Sequence record: MN871451.1
Reading direction: 5' to 3' (one strand)
DNA length: 64,000 nt
Shown: positions 9,967-19,650 of the stretch, in pieces
How positions within the stretch are numbered: position 1 is the first letter of the stretch
Layout of the letters: every line of letters starts with the position of its first letter
Made by a program: the position numbers and the translations under genes
The notes under the pieces: model-generated
The model's input: only the letters and a program-made list of their open reading frames with translations
Told to the model about the DNA's origin: nothing
The model's database searches: none

Positions 9967-10830
9967 ATGTTTAAAGTTACGTTTGATGACCAACCGGTCC
10001 TTTATGAAAATTTAACTTTCCCGGGTGGCGAGGAACATATCGCCATTAGTCGTCATGGTCTACCGCCTCATGATATCGGTGTTGTTAAAATAGAAGGAAG
10101 TATCAAATCCTCCACCGAGGCAGTGCGTCTACTGTTACTGGTCGATGCCATTCGTCGTATTGGGAAATACACGGCGAAAACAGAACTCCATTTAGTTGTG
10201 CCTTATTTCCCGTACGCGCGACAAGACCGTGTCTGTAATGCAGGCGAATCGTTTTCACTCGGCGTTTTTGCTGAACTGTTCAACAGCCTGAAAGCAGACC
10301 GAGTGTTGATACACGATCCTCACTCTAACGTTACCCCGGCGCTGATAAAAAACCTCGTCGTCCTGGAACAGTCCAAAATTGTCTACAATTTATTGGCTAA
10401 TTGGATTCGGGAAAATAACGTCGTGTTAGTTTCACCGGACGGCGGCGCGGCGAAGAAAACTGAAGAGTTGGCAAAACTACTCGGCGGGGTGCCTATCGTT
10501 TACGCAAACAAAAAGCGCGATACTAAAACCGGCAACATTCTCGACATTACGTTATTGGACAATGACAATATCGAAGGTCGTAATTTGTTGGTTGTCGACG
10601 ACATCTGCGATGGTGGGTGGACTTTCACTGAGCTGGCGAAAAAACTCAATACCCAAAACCCGAAATCGCTCAGTCTCTTCGTGACCCATGGAATTTTTTC
10701 CAAGGGCCTGGGTGAACTCTCTATCGCTTTTGATCAGATTTTCTCAACCAACGTTTGGTGGGAAAATATCACTGACGACGGGTTACCAACCCAATCTTAT
10801 TTAACTGCTAAAGATGGACGTGTGAAATGA
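9967..10830 (+). CDS. ribose-phosphate pyrophosphokinase-like protein (candidate Adps)
   Basis: TFPGGE, PYFPYARQDR, DPHS, VSPDGGA and LVVDDICDGGWTF (PRTase loop) motifs. Confidence 0.9.
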   Translation: MFKVTFDDQPVLYENLTFPGGEEHIAISRHGLPPHDIGVVKIEGSIKSSTEAVRLLLLVDAIRRIGKYTAKTELHLVVPYFPYARQDRVCNAGESFSLGVFAELFNSLKADRVLIHDPHSNVTPALIKNLVVLEQSKIVYNLLANWIRENNVVLVSPDGGAAKKTEELAKLLGGVPIVYANKKRDTKTGNILDITLLDNDNIEGRNLLVVDDICDGGWTFTELAKKLNTQNPKSLSLFVTHGIFSKGLGELSIAFDQIFSTNVWWENITDDGLPTQSYLTAKDGRVK

Positions 10831-12608
10831 CCAACCCTTTACTGAAAGACCCAAAGTTCTATACTGAAGATCCGCTGGTTTTCCTGCTGTGCGACGCCTA
10901 CAAAACGGGGCACATCAATCAACAACCTCTGGGCACTGACAGCTTCTTTGAAAACCTGACGGCGCGTAGTCATACGTACTTCAATACGCCTCTGGACTTC
11001 GACGGTTCGGTGTTCATGGGAATGCAGCGCCTGGTTCTGCGTTGGTTGGTGGGAAGTTTCGATAACTTCTTTAAAGCGCCGTTCAACGAATCGGAGGCAG
11101 AATACCTTCAGTATATGGATGGTGTTCTGGGTAAAGGTGTGGTGAAATCCGCTCACCTGAAAGCACTTCACGAGCTGGGTTATCTCCCACTGGAAATCCG
11201 TGCGGTACCGGAAGGCTCACTCGTCCCTATTCGTGTTCCATTCCTGACGATTGAAAACACAGTGGATGGCTTCGGGTGGCTGACGGGTTATTTCGAAGAC
11301 CTCTGGAGTAACGAACTCTGGAAGCCATGTGTGCTGGCAACGAAAGCGTTGCACTTCCGTCGAGTGTTAGAGCAGTACGCTAACGAAACGGGTGCGGCAA
11401 AAGCCTTTATCGACTACCAATCTCATAACTTCGCACTGCGCGGTATGTCGGGTATGTTCGATGATGCCAACAGCTCAGTCGGTCAGCTGATCTACTTCAA
11501 AGGGAGCGATAGCTTCCCTTCGGTCTGGACAGCGAATCGCTTCTATAACCCAGAAGGCGATATGCCGATTTCTGAAATCGCCGGGAGTGTGCCCGCTACA
11601 GAGCACAGTGTAACCTGTTTGAACATCGCAGTCTATGTCGAGCAGTTACAAGCTACTCCGGGGTACAAGAATGCGACTGAAGCGGAACTGCTGTCGAAAG
11701 CGGAAGAACTTTTCCAACGTCGACTGATCACTGAAGTTTATCCGTCTGGCGTTTTCAGCTTCGTCAGCGATACTAACGACTTCTTCGATACCATCACCAC
11801 CAAAGCCATCGCTAATAAAGATGCGATTATGGCGCGTGACGGTAAACTGGTCTATCGCCCGGATAGCGGTAATCCGTATCACATCCTCTGCGGCTATACT
11901 TGGGATGGCGATAATCACCTTTCTGCTGGTATTTATCCCGACCCTCGAATTGGTGGAAAAACGCTCTACTCCGAAATAGGTCGAGAAAAGACGGAAGAGT
12001 TCCTTCGTCGTTTTTCTATTGAAAACGGATACGAGTGCTATTGTATCGACAACGTTTTCTATTCGACTGAAAGCGGTAAACCTATTTCTTTGGAAGAGAA
12101 AAAAGGGGCCGTGCAAATCCTTTTTGAAATCTTCGGCGGAACAACCAATGCTGCGGGTTACAAAGAACTGGATTCTCACGTCGGTTTGATTTACGGGGAT
12201 GCAATCACATTGACTCGCATGACTCAGATCCTTTCTCGTTTGAAAGCGAACGGGTTCTGTAGTTCCAACGTGGTCTTTGGTGTGGGCAGTTTCGAATTCC
12301 AGTATGTTACCCGTGACACCCTGGGCATCGCCATGAAGGCGACTGCTGGGAAGGTTAACAGTAAACATTACTCTATCGCGAAAAACCCGAAAACCGACGA
12401 TGGTACTAAGAAATCGGCGAAAGGTTATCTGATCGTTGCGAAGGGCGAGAACGGAAAACTCGAGCTACGTGATAACCTGACCCGTGAAGAGTATGAAGCG
12501 CTTCGCGGTAGTGAGGTTGACGCGATGCGGACTGTGTACCTGAACGGCGACGTGAAAGTACTGGAAAGTCTTCGTACTATTCGTCAACGTGCGGCGCAGT
12601 GGTTGTAA
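10827..12608 (+). CDS. nicotinamide phosphoribosyltransferase-like protein (candidate Namat)
   Basis: DAYKTGH, HNFALRG, SVPATEHSV, FVSDT, YRPDSG, IYGDAIT, FGVGS and RDTLGIAMKAT..K.PKTDDGTKKSAKG motifs; overlaps the Prs-like stop. Confidence 0.92.
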   Translation: MTNPLLKDPKFYTEDPLVFLLCDAYKTGHINQQPLGTDSFFENLTARSHTYFNTPLDFDGSVFMGMQRLVLRWLVGSFDNFFKAPFNESEAEYLQYMDGVLGKGVVKSAHLKALHELGYLPLEIRAVPEGSLVPIRVPFLTIENTVDGFGWLTGYFEDLWSNELWKPCVLATKALHFRRVLEQYANETGAAKAFIDYQSHNFALRGMSGMFDDANSSVGQLIYFKGSDSFPSVWTANRFYNPEGDMPISEIAGSVPATEHSVTCLNIAVYVEQLQATPGYKNATEAELLSKAEELFQRRLITEVYPSGVFSFVSDTNDFFDTITTKAIANKDAIMARDGKLVYRPDSGNPYHILCGYTWDGDNHLSAGIYPDPRIGGKTLYSEIGREKTEEFLRRFSIENGYECYCIDNVFYSTESGKPISLEEKKGAVQILFEIFGGTTNAAGYKELDSHVGLIYGDAITLTRMTQILSRLKANGFCSSNVVFGVGSFEFQYVTRDTLGIAMKATAGKVNSKHYSIAKNPKTDDGTKKSAKGYLIVAKGENGKLELRDNLTREEYEALRGSEVDAMRTVYLNGDVKVLESLRTIRQRAAQWL

Positions 12609-12623
12609 TTTAAAGACATAACG

Positions 12624-12653
12624 TTCCCTACAGCACCTGCGTGCTGTAGGGAA
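12624..12653 (+). terminator. hairpin after the NAD operon
   Basis: TTCCCTACAGCAC-CTGC-GTGCTGTAGGGAA, 13-bp stem. Confidence 0.6.
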
Positions 12654-12674
12654 TTATGCAATTTGTTTCATGTA

Positions 12675-12689
12675 TATATCTCAGTTATG
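12675..12689 (+). promoter_or_regulatory. putative early promoter (variant)
   Basis: TATATCTC-AGTT-ATG. Confidence 0.45.
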
Positions 12690-12751
12690 CAACATAGTTG
12701 AATGTATTAAATTCGATTTCATTTTTGTCAGTCTAGTATAGGAGAAATACA

Positions 12752-13123
12752 ATGAAACTTTATTCTAAAGAAGAATTTCTTAAATTACCTTCCGGGACAC
12801 TTTTTGTATTTGGACCAGCGGATTGGACAGAGGGGCAAATAGAGCCGGGTTATCTAGCTCTAAATGTTAAATACGAATCGCTACGCGATGACTTTGTGTT
12901 TAGACCCTTAATTGACATTGAAGTCAGATCCTCAGAAGAACGAGATGAACTCAATGATTTCATCCTAGGAGAGATGAAAACGTGTGACATTTCCTCCGAT
13001 ATTCCCATGGATCTTTTCGCAACGAGCCGCGATGGCTTATTTGAAAAAGATTCGACCTACCTTGTTCTCAGTAATGAGGAACTGAAAGCAGTTATTGCCT
13101 CGTTACAAACGTTAGTCAAATAA
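12752..13123 (+). CDS. hypothetical phage protein
   Basis: AGGAG RBS; starts MKLYSKEEFLKLPSGT. Confidence 0.75.
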   Translation: MKLYSKEEFLKLPSGTLFVFGPADWTEGQIEPGYLALNVKYESLRDDFVFRPLIDIEVRSSEERDELNDFILGEMKTCDISSDIPMDLFATSRDGLFEKDSTYLVLSNEELKAVIASLQTLVK

Positions 13124-13154
13124 CTAAACCAGTAAAAGAAGAAGGAGAAATACA

Positions 13155-14705
13155 ATGATCCGTTTACAAGAAAACTTATATCTGCCGTATGAAGAACTGA
13201 GTCGCTTTCTGGAGCGTTTGCCCGAAGGAATGACCTATGACCTGCTCCAGTCTAAAATTCCTTCTCTACGCTCACTGAAGAAGAAAGAACTGGATATCTT
13301 ACTCAAGTACGTCATTGAGAAAAACAGAATCGTCGTAACGGAGATAACGCAAAAGGGTGTCAAGTGTGCACCGCTCCTTCGTCACAAAATGTTTACGGCG
13401 CCGATTAACGTCCTCGCACAGCCAGAGAAAGAACGTCCGTCTGGTTCAGTGGTTCATATCACCGGCGCAGGTAAACAAACCATTGTCACTAAGAAACGCA
13501 GTCGTCTGGAACGCATTATCCCGCCTATCAAAGAGGAGAAAGAAATGACCACCCAAGAAAAACCGGTTATCGCCAAAACTGTCGTTGATTTTGAATCGCT
13601 TCGCGCCGAACACCTGGTCGATGTAAAACTGATTAACGCGGCCGAGAAAATCAAAGCTTTTCTCCTCACTGACCCGAAAGGGTTTACTCGCACTGAGATC
13701 GATGAATCGGTCAAGGAGTATCGCTACTTGAAAGGAGCGCCTCGTCAACAAGTTCTTTCCTACCTGAAAACCTACGAAGGCGTAGTAGAGAAAGAATGGC
13801 AGCCGGAGAAATATAAGTATCCGGTCGGGCGCTTTGTTCACCCTGACTTCTCCAAACCTTTCCCTGCGTCTGAGCTATCTTTCGATCACTCGGCCCCAAC
13901 ACTGGCGTTGGATGATACTCAGACAAGTGGAAGCGACTATCGTTCGTCTGTCTACCAAAATACGGACATGACTGTACCTGCTTCTTCGACATTTCCTTTA
14001 AATAAAGTCGCGATCAGGGGCATGATCGTAGAATTACTGAAGGCGTCTAAGGGTTTACTTCCGATCTACCAGGTTTGGAACTATCTCCCTAACCTGCCGG
14101 AACTGAGTAAAGAAACGCGTTTCGCCATTTTGAACCCGTTAGTAGAAAAGGGTATTGTCTCCATCTACAGCGATGATCACCCTAACAAACCGGGCTGCCA
14201 CGTTAACTGGATTAAACTCAATGAAGAAGGGGATACGGTAGGGATTGTCCATCGGACGAAAACTGAAGCACCGACTGCAATGGCGGTGGCGGTGATGGAG
14301 GCGTTACAAAAAGGGCCGAAAGAAGGGGAATCTACGGTGGAAACTAATGCTTCGAAATACCCTAACCGGTTGGCGCATTTAGAGGCTAGACCGGTGAACT
14401 TAGCAACACTCCCTGAAATGGCCAACTCTGTACCAGACCCTATCACACCGATCGACTTTAAAGAGCAAACTATGGCACCCGCAACATCCACTGACGTCCG
14501 TAAACAGATTCTGGAACTCGAACGCGTTGCAATTGAGCTGGAACAGAAAGAGCGTAACGAGGCGTTGATTGCTGCTATCAAACCGTTACGTGATGAAATC
14601 GTCATGCGTTTCGCCGAAGCGCAGAAAGCCATTGACGCGCAGATTGACGCGCAGGCGGCGTTGGGGCTGGCGATTGAGAAACTGAACCAGGCTATTGGTC
14701 AGTAA
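13155..14705 (+). CDS. multi-domain protein with repeated winged-helix-like units and C-terminal coiled coil
   Basis: AAGGAG RBS; three similar helical segments separated by low-complexity linkers; C-terminal heptad-rich helix. Confidence 0.75.
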   Translation: MIRLQENLYLPYEELSRFLERLPEGMTYDLLQSKIPSLRSLKKKELDILLKYVIEKNRIVVTEITQKGVKCAPLLRHKMFTAPINVLAQPEKERPSGSVVHITGAGKQTIVTKKRSRLERIIPPIKEEKEMTTQEKPVIAKTVVDFESLRAEHLVDVKLINAAEKIKAFLLTDPKGFTRTEIDESVKEYRYLKGAPRQQVLSYLKTYEGVVEKEWQPEKYKYPVGRFVHPDFSKPFPASELSFDHSAPTLALDDTQTSGSDYRSSVYQNTDMTVPASSTFPLNKVAIRGMIVELLKASKGLLPIYQVWNYLPNLPELSKETRFAILNPLVEKGIVSIYSDDHPNKPGCHVNWIKLNEEGDTVGIVHRTKTEAPTAMAVAVMEALQKGPKEGESTVETNASKYPNRLAHLEARPVNLATLPEMANSVPDPITPIDFKEQTMAPATSTDVRKQILELERVAIELEQKERNEALIAAIKPLRDEIVMRFAEAQKAIDAQIDAQAALGLAIEKLNQAIGQ

Positions 14706-14709
14706 CGAT

Positions 14710-14737
14710 AAAGGGCGGTTTCCGCCCTTTTCTTTTT
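14710..14737 (+). terminator. intrinsic terminator
   Basis: AAAGGGCGG-TTT-CCGCCCTTT followed by a T-run. Confidence 0.8.
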
Positions 14738-14758
14738 AGATGAATTGGAGTAAATCAA

Positions 14759-15400
14759 ATGGGTAAGTTTAATTTAAAGTGGGAAGAGGTGCGCTTTGAA
14801 TTGGTCGAAGGAAATCTTTCTTTGGCATTCGAATTCAATCGTTTAACGAAAGGGAAGTACATTTCTAAACTGTTAGAATTCTTATCTATCAACGAAGAAA
14901 ATGTAACAGGTTCATTTGCGTTTCGTATTTTCGCGCACTTAAAAGTCGAAAATAACACTCAAATATTTACACCTAGTGATCTGACGGTAGAGATCAAAGA
15001 TGGAATTATCCTCTTCCAATCGGCGAGATTCAAAGGTATAGTTCCAAATATCGCCGTATCCGACTTCATTCAGTTCTTCGTCGATTTGGGGTACAGTGAC
15101 CCTCGACCAGAAATACAATGGAGAATTACTGAAATTTCACTTGATCATTTAGCAGCTCGGAAAGGTTACGTTCGTGAACCGAGTTGGCGTGAATTTCTTT
15201 ACCCGCGTGAAGGTCTTGAAGAACGTCGTTTCGTTAAAGACGGAGTTGTTCTTTATTTTGATACAGACGAAGACCGACGATATCATTTTAACGAAGAAGG
15301 ATCTTTTTCCTTCGATTCTTCTCGTAGACCACTAGGTGAAACTTATAAAGAAACTATCGAAGAAATTTGTAAAGGAATTAATTGGGATATTTGGGAGTAA
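14759..15400 (+). CDS. hypothetical protein
   Basis: GGAG RBS; 213 aa. Confidence 0.7.
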   Translation: MGKFNLKWEEVRFELVEGNLSLAFEFNRLTKGKYISKLLEFLSINEENVTGSFAFRIFAHLKVENNTQIFTPSDLTVEIKDGIILFQSARFKGIVPNIAVSDFIQFFVDLGYSDPRPEIQWRITEISLDHLAARKGYVREPSWREFLYPREGLEERRFVKDGVVLYFDTDEDRRYHFNEEGSFSFDSSRRPLGETYKETIEEICKGINWDIWE

Positions 15401-15405
15401 CAAAC

Positions 15406-15768
15406 ATGAAAAAGATGATTTTAGCAGTTTTACTGGCGGGTGTTTCTCTTAATGCGGTCGCTGTCGATTGCCGTGGCCATCTCAAATCTGTGATGGGTGA
15501 ATATTTCTCAGAGAAACTTCTTAATGGGGGTTCTGTGGAAAACCTTGCCTACCACAAATGGGTAGAGGTAACGGGTCCTCTCGAACCGGTAGGGGCCTAT
15601 TACCAGGGCGGTGTCAGGGTGAAAGAACACGTTAAAGTGTTGCCACTGGGATTATTGGCAATGGACAGGAATAGCAATAGCTTCACTGTCAACGCGGCCG
15701 TAGCATACAACGAAATCAGTTGCGAAGTTTACGGGATCGAAATTAATGAATTTAAGGCGGGGAAATGA
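15406..15768 (+). CDS. secreted/periplasmic protein with two Cys
   Basis: Signal peptide MKKMILAVLLAGVSLNAVA; ATG 15406 after GGGAG. Confidence 0.75.
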   Translation: MKKMILAVLLAGVSLNAVAVDCRGHLKSVMGEYFSEKLLNGGSVENLAYHKWVEVTGPLEPVGAYYQGGVRVKEHVKVLPLGLLAMDRNSNSFTVNAAVAYNEISCEVYGIEINEFKAGK

Positions 15769-16343
15769 CCATATCTATCGGGCAGGTATATAGGCATTAT
15801 AAAGGCGAAATTTACATTGTTAATAACGTAGCAACCTGCGCCGATAATTGTCGCAATGGGAAGACTACCGTTATTTACGCTAAAGCTTCTGAACCTGATA
15901 AAATCTATTCTCGTTTAGAAGAAGAGTTTTTTGAAATCCTATTGAGTCAAGATAAAATAGTTCCGCGTTTTACCTTGATCGAAAAAACAACGGCGTTCTA
16001 CAAACGCCTACATTTTATCCCTTCTAACAATACGATCCTTCCAATTTTCAATATTAATGAATTGAAAGAGTATTTTAGCGCGTTGGAAGAAATGGGGTAT
16101 TCTTACACCCCCGAAGTTAAAAGCGCAGCGGAAGAAAAGCTACTTTCCCTGCGGCCGAAGAAAAATCCGTCTCTTCTTGAATCATTTACGGGTCCGAGAA
16201 ATGCAGAGGCCATTCTTTTCAATCTAGACGGTGTTATTTCTCTGGTGGCGTTAAATGACGTGAAACAAGCTGTCGCTTTGGCGGAAAGGAATAAAATTAA
16301 CAACGTTATGGAAATAGCCCTGCTGAACAATAAAGGAGTTTAA
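15765..16343 (+). CDS. DUF1653-like N-terminal domain protein
   Basis: GQVYRHYKGEIY.V...A...VIY...IYSR..EEFFE motif. Confidence 0.75.
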   Translation: MTISIGQVYRHYKGEIYIVNNVATCADNCRNGKTTVIYAKASEPDKIYSRLEEEFFEILLSQDKIVPRFTLIEKTTAFYKRLHFIPSNNTILPIFNINELKEYFSALEEMGYSYTPEVKSAAEEKLLSLRPKKNPSLLESFTGPRNAEAILFNLDGVISLVALNDVKQAVALAERNKINNVMEIALLNNKGV

Positions 16344-17246
16344 ATGTTTCGAGACTTTATTTACGACAATGAATGGCATCCTGCGGGGGTAGAAGGGATT
16401 AACGTCACGGATGGAATGTTTTTGGGTGAGTATAACGGAGTGAGTGTCTATTATAACGACTACCGCTTTACGTTATTCAAGACATTGGAAACAGGGGTAT
16501 TGTTACGGTCCTATTTTTATTTGACAACCTTAATGTTTTATCAGAAAATATCCAAGGATGGTTTCCCTGAATGGTTCTCTGGAATTCTGGATATAGCGGT
16601 GGCCAAACTCTGGCATATCTTTGATGTGCCATTGTTGATAGACCTTTATGCGGACGGCGAGTTCCCTTCTAAAAAGGAAATTACTGAAGTTTATCCTGAA
16701 GGATATTGTTTAGACAACTACGAATTTAGAAGGGCTCAACGAGATTTATTTATTGAGCTCTATGGGTTCGTCCCTTTCAGTAAAGAAACGGAGGTTCAAT
16801 TAGTTAATATTTTAAAAGGGAAGAAAGTCTGTGAAGTGGGCGCTGGTAAAGGTTTGTTATCAAAGAAACTTTTTGATAATGATATCAGCATTATTGCGGT
16901 AGATAATTGCGAAGGGAACTATTCTTCTCAGTGGTGGACTGATGAATTACCAGAATGGTTTTTGAAAGCATCCGTAGACGATATCGCAATCAGTCATTAC
17001 GATGTGATCATCTCGGTATGGGCACCACTTGGCTCGCCTATGTTGACGAACACCGCTAAACGAATGCACGCCGGGCAACTTCTTTTCTGCCAAGGTGAAT
17101 ATCGGGGTTGTACGGCAGATGACGATTTCTTTCAGTTAGTCGATGAGGAATTTGAAGAGGATGAAGAACTAACGAAACTTCTTCGTGAGGGAAACGTCTC
17201 TTTTGAAGGCATTCACGATGACTGGTATGTTTACCGTAAACTCTAG
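16344..17246 (+). CDS. class I SAM-dependent methyltransferase-like protein
   Basis: VCEVGAGKG glycine loop, IIAVD, and a later GEYRGCTADDDFF motif; substrate unknown. Confidence 0.7.
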   Translation: MFRDFIYDNEWHPAGVEGINVTDGMFLGEYNGVSVYYNDYRFTLFKTLETGVLLRSYFYLTTLMFYQKISKDGFPEWFSGILDIAVAKLWHIFDVPLLIDLYADGEFPSKKEITEVYPEGYCLDNYEFRRAQRDLFIELYGFVPFSKETEVQLVNILKGKKVCEVGAGKGLLSKKLFDNDISIIAVDNCEGNYSSQWWTDELPEWFLKASVDDIAISHYDVIISVWAPLGSPMLTNTAKRMHAGQLLFCQGEYRGCTADDDFFQLVDEEFEEDEELTKLLREGNVSFEGIHDDWYVYRKL

Positions 17247-17259
17247 CAAGAAGATCGCT

Positions 17260-17373
17260 ATGGAACTCAACGAAAAAAATCGTAATATGGTAATTGAAAA
17301 AGCGAAAAAAGGAATCTCCTTCTCTGTCTGGCGAAACAAATTTGGTATCTCGGGGGTAATGTTAAGTGAATAA
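17260..17373 (+). CDS. small hypothetical protein
   Basis: ATG 17260; 37 aa; fills the gap and overlaps the next start. Confidence 0.45.
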   Translation: MELNEKNRNMVIEKAKKGISFSVWRNKFGISGVMLSE

Positions 17374-17665
17374 ACTTTTTCTTGTTCTGATACTGTTGTT
17401 CTCGCACGGGGCGTTAGCTGACACTATTACGGTGTGGGATGACCCCGATAATAACTATGCGGGGCGCTTCGAGAAGAAGTCTATGGATGATGGTTATTTA
17501 CGGATTATCGTCGATCACGCGACTGGTTGTGAGTACTTCTACGTAGAAGGGAGAAGCATTGCGCCTGTCTTAGGGGGAAGTTATGCTGCCCGTGATCCGT
17601 ATTGCCCTTCTGAGAACAAGTACACTCAGCAGACAGACAACGGCACGAAAGCGTATCGCAAATAA
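17366..17665 (+). CDS. secreted protein (DUF6440-like IIVDHATGCEY motif)
   Basis: Signal peptide MNKLFLVLILLFSHGALA. Confidence 0.7.
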   Translation: MNKLFLVLILLFSHGALADTITVWDDPDNNYAGRFEKKSMDDGYLRIIVDHATGCEYFYVEGRSIAPVLGGSYAARDPYCPSENKYTQQTDNGTKAYRK

Positions 17666-17719
17666 AACGGTAAGGGGTTTTATACCCCTTACTTATATTT
17701 TAAACAGAGGAGAAATATC

Positions 17720-18169
17720 ATGAATATCGAGACATTGAAAACTTTAATAAGTAACACTAATGAAAAATTCGTTCTCATTACAGGCAATAATGAAAAAGCG
17801 TTGTTGATGGGATTAAAGGAATTGGGGTTAGATCCTATAGACCATAATCGTAAAAATCAACTCATTGAACGTCATGGCGGTTTTGACATGGCGATCTATT
17901 ATAATCCGGACGATCGTTTCATTAGTGCATCGAGACAGCTTTCACAGATTTTCCCTTCTATTGGCGAGAGAAAAGGGTCGGTATTATTTCTTTCCGAAGG
18001 TTCATTTGCGCAGGGATTCTATCAAGATTACGCTTTCCCGGCCAAAACATTATTTGTAGCGGATATCATCGCGCATTTCGAGTTAAGCAACGGACATTTA
18101 ACGACTTTCGGCTTTGACCGCTCTGAAAGAAAAAGTAGCTTAGCTAAACTTAGTGGAGAAAATGAATGA
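17720..18169 (+). CDS. hypothetical protein
   Basis: GAGGAG RBS; 149 aa. Confidence 0.7.
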   Translation: MNIETLKTLISNTNEKFVLITGNNEKALLMGLKELGLDPIDHNRKNQLIERHGGFDMAIYYNPDDRFISASRQLSQIFPSIGERKGSVLFLSEGSFAQGFYQDYAFPAKTLFVADIIAHFELSNGHLTTFGFDRSERKSSLAKLSGENE

Positions 18170-18534
18170 CTTGTCAAGATACGTTGAATGCGGTGATGTG
18201 GCAGGAAAATAAAATTGTCCTGGTCATCGGGGAACTTGAGGATGATCTACTCACCTTCGCAGAAGACCAATTTGGACCGATCACGGGAAGATCTGTAAAG
18301 AAACTTTTTTCTGATTCTTTACCTGGGATACCGTCAACGGGAACGTTCGATAGCGTGACTCTGTTGTCACACCCTTCTCAACCGCAACCGGTACTCGCAG
18401 CTAATCGACAATTATGGTTGACGTTAGATGTAAGGGCACTCACTAACAAAACAAAATTCGCTGCCGATATTGTTATCAAAGTACAAAAAGGTAGCGGGGG
18501 TTTTGCCTGGACGGTCGCGCGACGTTCTGACTGA
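18166..18534 (+). CDS. hypothetical protein
   Basis: ATGA overlap with the upstream gene; 122 aa. Confidence 0.7.
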   Translation: MTCQDTLNAVMWQENKIVLVIGELEDDLLTFAEDQFGPITGRSVKKLFSDSLPGIPSTGTFDSVTLLSHPSQPQPVLAANRQLWLTLDVRALTNKTKFAADIVIKVQKGSGGFAWTVARRSD

Positions 18535-18636
18535 TCGCCTACGTTAACAAACTATTACACTATAGACAGGGTTACTCCTGTCTATTTTTTTATACTGTTT
18601 AATTTATTTGATTATTTACTTTTAAAGGATGGGGTA

Positions 18637-19164
18637 ATGAAAAGAACAAAAAATATTTCTAAGGCGAGATTCCGTAAAAGAATTATTCTGGCAGGTGGGG
18701 TGATTATCGCCAGCGCTTTCTTATCCGGGTGCGACGTCTCTGACGACACTTATCGCCCATACGGTTCGATCTCAGAATGTCAGAAGACACTCAACGACTA
18801 TTCCGCTAATTGCACCAACGCGTATAAGTCAGCAGTTGATAACGCAAAGGTAACAGGAAAACCCTATCGTACCAAAGAAGAGTGTGAGAAAGATAACGAC
18901 AACAATCGCTGTGAATACACGTCCCATGGTGGGTCGCATTTCTACCCATACCCGCATTATTATTCCTATGGCGGTACAGGGAGCTACGCACAGCCTTTCT
19001 ATCGATCACGAAATAGCGAAACCTTTCGTTCTCGTAGCGGTACAGAATTCGCGCCTACACGAACCTCTAATGGTTTCTCAGGCGTGAAAACAGTGACCCG
19101 TTCGGGATTTGGTTCGACATCTCGTTCGCATTCTTCTTTTTCCTCCCATTCTTTCGGAGGATAA
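18637..19164 (+). CDS. YgiB/DUF1190-family lipoprotein
   Basis: MKRTKNI N-terminus, LSGC lipobox, C..C spacing and TVTRSGFG...GG C-terminus match E. coli YgiB as recalled. Confidence 0.8.
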   Translation: MKRTKNISKARFRKRIILAGGVIIASAFLSGCDVSDDTYRPYGSISECQKTLNDYSANCTNAYKSAVDNAKVTGKPYRTKEECEKDNDNNRCEYTSHGGSHFYPYPHYYSYGGTGSYAQPFYRSRNSETFRSRSGTEFAPTRTSNGFSGVKTVTRSGFGSTSRSHSSFSSHSFGG

Positions 19165-19182
19165 AATCGTGGGGTAAAGCCA

Positions 19183-19650
19183 ATGTCAGAGTTGATACGG
19201 AATTTAGAGTTAATGAATTTCAATGCGCCCAGTGATTTCCGTAATGCTGATCAATACAATATTACACTTGATCGACTGGAATCCCAAATGCAGAAGATCC
19301 TGAACTTTGGCAGTATTGGTTACGTCACGTTCGCACAAGCCGATGATTGGGAAAAGTCCTTTTCGCGGAATCAAAGTGCAGGGTATCTAGTAGGATACGA
19401 GATCGTTAACAATTGTTCCAGTGGCGCCATCTGGCTTTATGCTGACATTGCGCTTTCCCCCGAGGCGATCGGATTCAGAAATCTTTTTCCAGACCTTTCT
19501 GGTTTTGCTATGCGTAGTCAGTCCCTTATCATTAATTCTGACTACGGTAGAATCGCCCAGATAGAATCAATCGAAGCGTTTGACTTCACCTTTACCAAAG
19601 ACAGTTCAATAAGGAACGAACCCGTTGAAAAACACAAAAGACGTCGCTAA
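19183..19650 (+). CDS. hypothetical protein
   Basis: 155 aa, in operon. Confidence 0.65.
   Translation: MSELIRNLELMNFNAPSDFRNADQYNITLDRLESQMQKILNFGSIGYVTFAQADDWEKSFSRNQSAGYLVGYEIVNNCSSGAIWLYADIALSPEAIGFRNLFPDLSGFAMRSQSLIINSDYGRIAQIESIEAFDFTFTKDSSIRNEPVEKHKRRR

Noticed and set aside
16344-17246. DNA methyltransferase call
   Set aside because: The SAM-binding loop is present but there is no DPPY/NPPY or PCQ catalytic motif, so the substrate is left unassigned.
18552-18590. CTATTACACTATAG as an additional early promoter
   Set aside because: It is a poor match and overlaps a hairpin plus T-run that is better read as a terminator.
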